From positions 1,622 through 65,621 of the forward strand of contig JAIXRY010000015.1 in the NCBI GenBank assembly GCA_027484965.1: 64,000 nt of DNA, read 5' to 3'. The notes below the pieces were generated by a model. That model saw nothing but the letters and a program-made list of their open reading frames with translations, was not told the DNA's origin and did no database searches. Positions 58,178 through 64,000 of this stretch are shown piece after piece. The stretch's first letter is position 1, and the number at the start of each line of letters is the position of its first letter. A program made the translations under genes and the position numbers. This stretch comes from a bacterium. Lineage in GTDB: Bacteria > Patescibacteriota > Minisyncoccia > Phycocordibacterales > UBA9973.

Positions 58178-59437
58178 TTATGAGTTACTTCCTGCTACGT
58201 ATCCTGTTGTCCAACAGAGCTGTAGAGAGTATCCACCTGATGGGCGATTGATATGGAGAAGATCTCCTGTTACAAAAAGATTATCTATCTTTTTTGAACG
58301 CATTGTCTTGGTGTCTATTTCTTTGAGGTCTATTCCTCCATCAGAAATTACAGCACGGTCATATCCCATCAGCCCCTTTATTGATACTGGGAGTGCTTTT
58401 AAAAGGTCTACAATCTGTCTTCTTTCTTCTTTTGTAATACTGTGTACTTTTTTGTTTGTATCAATATTTTTAAGGAGTGACATTATTGCATCACTTGTAC
58501 CGTCTGGAGTTATCTCTTTAAAAATATTTTTTAGTGCTTTATTTTTGTTTTGATCAAAAACTTTTATAAGTTTTGTTTCGAGACTTCCAATATCTGTATC
58601 TGGAAATGCATCTATAACTGCAGTCACATCTCCTTTGTGTAATAAATCAGAAACAATTTTTGAACTATTGAGTATTAGTGGGCCAGAGAGTCCAAAATGA
58701 GTAAAAAGTATTTTTCCTTTCTTTGAGAATTGTTTTATTTTTTGACCACGTTCTTCTGTGAAGAATGTGATTTTCATAAAAGAAAGTGATACACCTGCAA
58801 GTGTCTTTATCCAAGTATCTTTTACTTCAAGAGGAACAATGTCTGGAGTAGGACTTACCACAGTGTGTCCGAGGTCTGTAAGCCATTTGAAACCGTCACC
58901 AGTAGAGCCAGTCTCTGGGTGTGATACACCACCTGTAGCAAAGATAAAAGTTTTTGCACGGTATTCCGCACCTTTTACAAGAACAGCACGAATGCGTCCG
59001 TCTTCTGTAGCAACTTTTACGACAGGAGACTCAGTCTTTACTGTTACTTTGTTTTCGCGAACATATTTTTCTAGAACCTTGAATACATCATAAGCTCTTT
59101 GTGTTTCTGGAAAAGCTCTTTTTCGAGCTTCGACTACAAGATTAAGTTTGCGAGATTCGAAGAAAGTGAAAGTGTCTTTCATTCCAAACTGAGCGAAAGG
59201 GGAATAGAGAAAAGAAGCACTTTTTCCGTAGTGTTTCAAAAATTTGTGAATATCATCTTCTGCATTTGTAATATTACATCTACCACCGCCGGTAATCTTG
59301 AGTTTTTCACCAAGAGCTTTGTTTTTTTCAAGAAGAAGTACTTTTTTACCGAGAGAGCCTGCACGTCCAGCCGCCATAAGACCTGAAGATCCTCCTCCAA
59401 CTACTATCACATCATAATTTTCTACAGGTTTTGCCAT
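58178..59437 (-). CDS. HI0933/BaiN-family flavoprotein
   Basis: GGGSSG, KITGGGRCNITN, ATGG.S.P.TGSTGDG, THFGLSGP, GGYSLQ. Confidence 0.95.
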   Translation of the reverse strand: MAKPVENYDVIVVGGGSSGLMAAGRAGSLGKKVLLLEKNKALGEKLKITGGGRCNITNAEDDIHKFLKHYGKSASFLYSPFAQFGMKDTFTFFESRKLNLVVEARKRAFPETQRAYDVFKVLEKYVRENKVTVKTESPVVKVATEDGRIRAVLVKGAEYRAKTFIFATGGVSHPETGSTGDGFKWLTDLGHTVVSPTPDIVPLEVKDTWIKTLAGVSLSFMKITFFTEERGQKIKQFSKKGKILFTHFGLSGPLILNSSKIVSDLLHKGDVTAVIDAFPDTDIGSLETKLIKVFDQNKNKALKNIFKEITPDGTSDAIMSLLKNIDTNKKVHSITKEERRQIVDLLKALPVSIKGLMGYDRAVISDGGIDLKEIDTKTMRSKKIDNLFVTGDLLHINRPSGGYSLQLCWTTGYVAGSNS

Positions 59438-59519
59438 GAATATATATAATAACACAAAAATTAATAAATGTGAAGAGTTTGTTAAAATTTCGAAGTTGTT
59501 TGTGTGGTATTATTAATAT

Positions 59520-60293
59520 ATGTCTAATTCTAGAAAAATCTTAATAATTATTGCTTTAGTTCTTGCTGTATCTTTGTATGCTTATTTTTTCTTGTATCAC
59601 AAAGCGTTTGCTCCAGCACAAATTCAAGAAGTAAACAAAGAAAATATAAAAATGGTTACTGTTAATTCTAATTCTGATTATTCAATAGCGACAGGTGAGT
59701 ATCCTCAGTTTAATAACGCTGGAGCAGATTTTAATAAAAAGATTAGCAATATTGTAGAGAGTGCTATAAATGAGCATTCAAAAATTTCTGAAGAAAGCTG
59801 GAACGCTCGTTTTGAGACTAAGGCGCCAGGTGAAGATATTTCAAAAATCCCAAACAAAGAAGATAGATTTTCTATTGATGTAAGTACTTTAATAATTAGA
59901 AATGATAGCAATGTAATAAGTTTCAAAATGGATATCTATGAATTTTCTGGTGGAGCACATGGAAATACCGGAACATACACATTTAATTATGATGTTAAAA
60001 ATCAAAAAGAAATTAATCTTCTTGAGATAGGTAAAAGGGATACACAATTACTGCAGAAACTCTCTAACAAGTCACGAGTATTAATTCGTGAAGATCTTGC
60101 AAGGCGTTCAGAAATAAAACCAGAAGAAGTCGATACTGAAATGCTTAATAGTGGTACAACACCAGAGGCTGATAATTTCTCACTCTTTACTCTTCCAGAA
60201 GATGGTAAGATAACTTTTCATTTTACCGCTTATCAAGTCGCACCTTATGTTTTTGGTCCTTCAGAAATTACTTTGGATTTACCTATAAAATAA
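59520..60293 (+). CDS. DUF3298/RsiV-like exported protein
   Basis: N-terminal TM helix; SGGAHG, FNYD, YQVAPY..G. Confidence 0.8.
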   Translation: MSNSRKILIIIALVLAVSLYAYFFLYHKAFAPAQIQEVNKENIKMVTVNSNSDYSIATGEYPQFNNAGADFNKKISNIVESAINEHSKISEESWNARFETKAPGEDISKIPNKEDRFSIDVSTLIIRNDSNVISFKMDIYEFSGGAHGNTGTYTFNYDVKNQKEINLLEIGKRDTQLLQKLSNKSRVLIREDLARRSEIKPEEVDTEMLNSGTTPEADNFSLFTLPEDGKITFHFTAYQVAPYVFGPSEITLDLPIK

Positions 60294-60304
60294 AAATTTA
60301 TATT

Positions 60305-60946
60305 ATGAATAAAGATTTAGAAAATAAATTAACTGCTTATCTTGTTGTAAAGTATAATCCTATAGCACTTATTTTGCATGGTTCATATGCAAATGGAAAT
60401 GAACGCCAACATAGTGATTGGGATTTTGCCATAATTGTTGATAAGAAAACAGAAGTAGAAAGAGAAATAATTGATGAATCAAACATAGATGTTGTAGTAT
60501 TGGAACTTCCTTTTGAAGAAGAAAATATACAAGGTAAATGGCTAATCCTAAGAGAAGATAATTGTAAAATATTGTTTGATAAAAATTTAATTTCAAAAAA
60601 TATTATAGATAAAGTTACTAAATATTATTATACTCCTCGTGTATGGACTACTTCTGATATGTTGGGACACAAGGCATGGTTCCGTTCTCAATTAGACGGA
60701 ATGATTGATTATAAATATGAGCATGAAGCATTTTTTAGAAAACTTGGAGAACTTTATATAAGAAGTATTCAAATTTATTTTTGGTTTGTGAAATTAGGAT
60801 ATATGCCTCAAGTATATAAATCTATTCCTCAAATTGAGATGGAAGATCCTGAGTATTTTAAATTACTCAAAATACTTACAGGTAATTACTCTAATACTGA
60901 GAAAATAGAAGCAGGCGAAGAAATTTATAAAAAAATCTGGAAATAA
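60305..60946 (+). CDS. Pol-beta-family nucleotidyltransferase domain protein
   Basis: LHGSYANG..SDWD. Confidence 0.8.
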   Translation: MNKDLENKLTAYLVVKYNPIALILHGSYANGNERQHSDWDFAIIVDKKTEVEREIIDESNIDVVVLELPFEEENIQGKWLILREDNCKILFDKNLISKNIIDKVTKYYYTPRVWTTSDMLGHKAWFRSQLDGMIDYKYEHEAFFRKLGELYIRSIQIYFWFVKLGYMPQVYKSIPQIEMEDPEYFKLLKILTGNYSNTEKIEAGEEIYKKIWK

Positions 60947-60991
60947 AAACCCTTTGAATTTATTAGAAAACAGGGTATAGTGTATGTCTAT

Positions 60992-62467
60992 ATGGCACAC
61001 GGAGAAGTAGTTATACGTTTTGAGAAAGTTTCGTTTGAATACGGGCACAATAAGCCGATTTTAGACACGGTTGATTTCTCTGTGCGTAGAGGAATGAAAG
61101 TGACTATTATGGGTCAAAATGGTGCCGGTAAGAGTACTTTGTTTTCTTTGATTACAAAAGACAGGTCTCCTGAAGAAGGTAAGGTTATTTTAGCTGACCG
61201 TACAACTATTGCTCTTTCACGTCAGATTATTCCTCGTGACGAACTCGAACTCACTGTTCGTGAATTCTTCCAAAAATGTTTCAAAGAAAAGGTGTATGAT
61301 ATTGACCCTCGTATCGATGATGTACTTGAGGTTGTTAACTTGGTTGGGCACGAAAAAGTTCACGATAGAATTATTAAGACTTTTTCTGGGGGGCAGCAAG
61401 CACGTCTTTTGCTTGCGTCAGCACTCATTCAAGAGCCAGATATTCTTCTATTGGATGAGCCGACAAACAATCTCGATAAAGCAGGTATACAACACCTTAC
61501 AGATTTTCTAGTACAGTACAAAAAAACAGTAATCGTTATTTCTCATGATGCGCATTTCTTGAATGCTTTTACTGATGCTGTGCTTTATCTTGATGTTTAT
61601 ACAAAAAAGATAGAACAATATGTAGGTAACTATACAGATGTGCGTGATCAGATTACAGCTCGTATGGAGAGAGAAAATAGAAAGAATGCGATGCTCTCAA
61701 AAGAAATCCAAGCCAAAAAAGATCAAGCGAATGCCTTTGCTATGAAAGGAGGTAATCTTCGTGCTGTTGCGAAGCGCATGAGAGACCTCGCGGCTGATCT
61801 TGAAGATGAGAAAGTGGATGTTCGAAAAGAAGATAAAACAATTCGTCCTTTTGTAATTCCATTCCAACAAGATGTTAATGGAGATATTGTTGTTATTCCG
61901 TCTGTTTCAGTTTTGAAAAATGGGAAACCAAGAAAAGTAACCGTTAATATAAAACTTCGCAAAAATAAACATTTACTCTTATCTGGTCCAAATGGAATCG
62001 GGAAGAGTACACTTCTTGAAGCTCTTGCAAACGGTACAGCCGAAGGTGTAGAAGTACAGAAAGATGTTCGTGTTGGATACTATCGCCAAGACTTCTCAAC
62101 TCTTAATTTTGAAGATACAGTCTACAGGTCACTTGTAGAAGTATCTAAAAGAGTAACAGGGAAGATTGATGAAGAAAAAATTCGCTCTGTGGCTGCAGGA
62201 TTTTTGATTACTGGAGATGTTATCAATACTAAGATTGGAAGTCTGTCAGAAGGACAAAAAGGTCTTGTGGCGTTTGCTCGTCTTGTGCTTGAACAACCAG
62301 GTCTCCTTATTCTCGATGAACCAACAAATCACATAAACTTCCGTCACTTACCTGTGATTGCTAAAGCTCTAGATTCTTATATGGGAGCAATGATTCTTGT
62401 GTCTCACGTTCCAGAATTCGTAGAACAAATACGCATTGATGAAAATCTTGATTTAAATAAAGAATAA
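60992..62467 (+). CDS. ABC-F family ATPase
   Basis: Two ABC domains (GQNGAGKS/SGGQ/DEPTNNLD; GPNGIGKS/SEGQ/DEPTNH), no TM helices. Confidence 0.93.
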   Translation: MAHGEVVIRFEKVSFEYGHNKPILDTVDFSVRRGMKVTIMGQNGAGKSTLFSLITKDRSPEEGKVILADRTTIALSRQIIPRDELELTVREFFQKCFKEKVYDIDPRIDDVLEVVNLVGHEKVHDRIIKTFSGGQQARLLLASALIQEPDILLLDEPTNNLDKAGIQHLTDFLVQYKKTVIVISHDAHFLNAFTDAVLYLDVYTKKIEQYVGNYTDVRDQITARMERENRKNAMLSKEIQAKKDQANAFAMKGGNLRAVAKRMRDLAADLEDEKVDVRKEDKTIRPFVIPFQQDVNGDIVVIPSVSVLKNGKPRKVTVNIKLRKNKHLLLSGPNGIGKSTLLEALANGTAEGVEVQKDVRVGYYRQDFSTLNFEDTVYRSLVEVSKRVTGKIDEEKIRSVAAGFLITGDVINTKIGSLSEGQKGLVAFARLVLEQPGLLILDEPTNHINFRHLPVIAKALDSYMGAMILVSHVPEFVEQIRIDENLDLNKE

Positions 62468-62471
62468 ATTT

Positions 62472-63053
62472 ATGAAAAAACGCTACGGATTTGATCTTGA
62501 TGATGTAATATTAAATTTTATGGAATCTTTCCGTGAATTTCATAATGAAAATTATGGAACAGAACACGCGTTTGAAGAATATACAGATTTTTATTTAGAA
62601 AATATTTTAGGTTGCAGTAAAGAAGAAATAGTTAAACGAGTAGATATTTTTTATAATTCGCACGAACATAAAAATGCAGAGCCTATACATGGAGCTATTG
62701 AAGTTCTAAAGAAACTTAGTGAAAAATATGAGCTTATAATTATTACAGCAAAGCCAGAAGAATTAAGAGAGCAAACTATTTTCTGGCTTAATACTCATCT
62801 TCCAAACATATTTTCTGATATTGTTTTTACAAATCATTTTCAAGGTGAAGGACTAAAGAGAAATAAAGGAGATGTATGTCTGGAGCTCGGTATAGAAGCT
62901 TTTGTTGATGATGCAATTCATAATGCGGAAAGTGTTGCGTCTGTTGGTATTCCTGTACTTCTTCTTGATACTCCTTGGAATAAAAAATTCAAAGAAACTG
63001 AACTTATTAAACGTGTACAAAACTGGGAAGAGATAGAACAAATTCTTTTGTAA
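62472..63053 (+). CDS. 5'(3')-deoxyribonucleotidase NT5C-like HAD phosphatase
   Basis: DLDDV, ITA, K..C, FVDD, PWN. Confidence 0.87.
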   Translation: MKKRYGFDLDDVILNFMESFREFHNENYGTEHAFEEYTDFYLENILGCSKEEIVKRVDIFYNSHEHKNAEPIHGAIEVLKKLSEKYELIIITAKPEELREQTIFWLNTHLPNIFSDIVFTNHFQGEGLKRNKGDVCLELGIEAFVDDAIHNAESVASVGIPVLLLDTPWNKKFKETELIKRVQNWEEIEQILL

Positions 63054-63113
63054 AAATAAAAGGTGCACAAAAAATTCCCTTATAAAGGAATTTTTTGTGC
63101 ACCTTTTATTTTT
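63052..63113. terminator. Bidirectional terminator with ~26-bp perfect arms
   Basis: aaaataaaaggtgcacaaaaaattcc...ggaattttttgtgcaccttttatttt. Confidence 0.85.
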
Positions 63114-63882
63114 CTTTTTGATTAATTAAATATTGTAATCCTTCTTCATTTCCGTGCTCTAAAATAGTCTTTCTCCAAAAATTATAAAAAGGTAAATCTG
63201 TGTCTACAACAACAGATTCTTTTGTGTGAGGTTTATTTAAATGAATATAGTTTTTTGATTCCATATGTAAATAAGACACTCTATCTGTAATATCTAGTAG
63301 TGAATGTTTTCCATTTTTCAACAAAGGTACAAGTTCTGGAAATTTATAAGGAAATAAAGTTATAAGGTTGTTATAAAAGAGAACAGATCTTAATATACAA
63401 ATATTTCCAGCAAATAGATCGTGGAGACTTTCACAATATCCATCTATTTTATCTATATAAGAAACTAATTTTGCTTCTATTGTATTTTTCTCAGTAGATT
63501 CTTTTAATAGAGATTCATAATTATAACCATTAATTTCTTTTGGGAATTTTTGCACCATTTCTGATATGGCTTTTAATTCATTTTGTTTAACTATTTCTAA
63601 TTCTTCTTCTGACATACGAGCTTTGTGTCCAGCTTGTACGTCACCTGTAACAATTTCAGCATCGTCATGTATTAGGGCTAGAACTCTTATTTTCTCTTCG
63701 TCAAATTCCAAATATTTTTTTGCTTCTGGAACTATTTCCTCTATAAGCCAAAGAATTCTTTTTGTATGAAAATAGACGCTTGAACGATAATACATTTTAT
63801 CGAACATGCTATATCTCATTATCTGTGATAATTTTTCCTCACGTTCTTCTGGAAAAATAGTCATATCTATATCTTTAAACAT
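63106..63882 (-). CDS. HD-domain phosphohydrolase (YfbR-like)
   Basis: RY..SV..H, ALIHDDAEIVTGD, EAKLV..DKID. Confidence 0.85.
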   Translation of the reverse strand: MFKDIDMTIFPEEREEKLSQIMRYSMFDKMYYRSSVYFHTKRILWLIEEIVPEAKKYLEFDEEKIRVLALIHDDAEIVTGDVQAGHKARMSEEELEIVKQNELKAISEMVQKFPKEINGYNYESLLKESTEKNTIEAKLVSYIDKIDGYCESLHDLFAGNICILRSVLFYNNLITLFPYKFPELVPLLKNGKHSLLDITDRVSYLHMESKNYIHLNKPHTKESVVVDTDLPFYNFWRKTILEHGNEEGLQYLINQKEK

Positions 63883-63923
63883 ATGCCCATTATATAGATA
63901 ATTTTCATGATATACTAGATTCT

Positions 63924-64000
63924 ATGATTAGTGCGATTATTTTATGGATTGAATCAATTGTGGTGCCTTTTGGTGCTTTCGGTATTATTTTAGGTTCATT
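63924..64000 (+). CDS. Partial membrane protein, possibly DedA/VTT (runs off the window)
   Basis: MISAIILWIESIVVPFGAFGIILGS after a tgatatact -10 box. Confidence 0.5.
   Translation, partial: MISAIILWIESIVVPFGAFGIILGS

Noticed and set aside
447-63769. Many 60-170 aa antisense or alternate-frame ORFs inside conserved genes
   Set aside because: They are nested in well-supported CDSs and show no motifs.
60305-63882. Nucleotidyltransferase, HAD and HD genes as a CBASS-like or MNT-HEPN system
   Set aside because: No CD-NTase-size cyclase, effector or HEPN partner is present; orientation is mixed and nucleotide housekeeping is the simpler reading.

Overview
Chromosomal window of a low-GC, reduced-genome bacterium using genetic code 11. 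Missing rpmD, almost no Shine-Dalgarno motifs, a stand-alone VirB4/TraG-like ATPase, a pilin array and a giant S74-chaperone surface protein point to Patescibacteria/CPR (Parcubacteria-like); this assignment is inferred. Core content: S10/spc ribosomal cluster (no rpmC or rpmD, split by an orphan gene), secY-adk-map, ndk, a compact 6S RNA, infC-rpmI-rplT, truB-smpB-tmRNA, ftsH, a 2696-aa fibre-like protein, five type IV pilins, recG, prfB, ftsEX, pyrG and six tRNAs including tRNA-Ile(UAU). Accessory content: a ~10.35 kb serine-recombinase island in tRNA-Asp (type III R-M, Panacea-type TA pair, Rep-like gene) and a decayed island of the same design in tRNA-Ile. In both, the att site splits the recombinase C-terminus. 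Most notable: a non-coding ~110-145 nt structured element lies downstream of tmRNA, tRNA-Ile and tRNA-Asp. Its flanks copy the 3' end of the neighbouring RNA, and it carries a 25-nt ACGT-N7-GCAG-N7'-ACT hairpin with covarying stems. All calls come from reading motifs by eye; no database searches were run.
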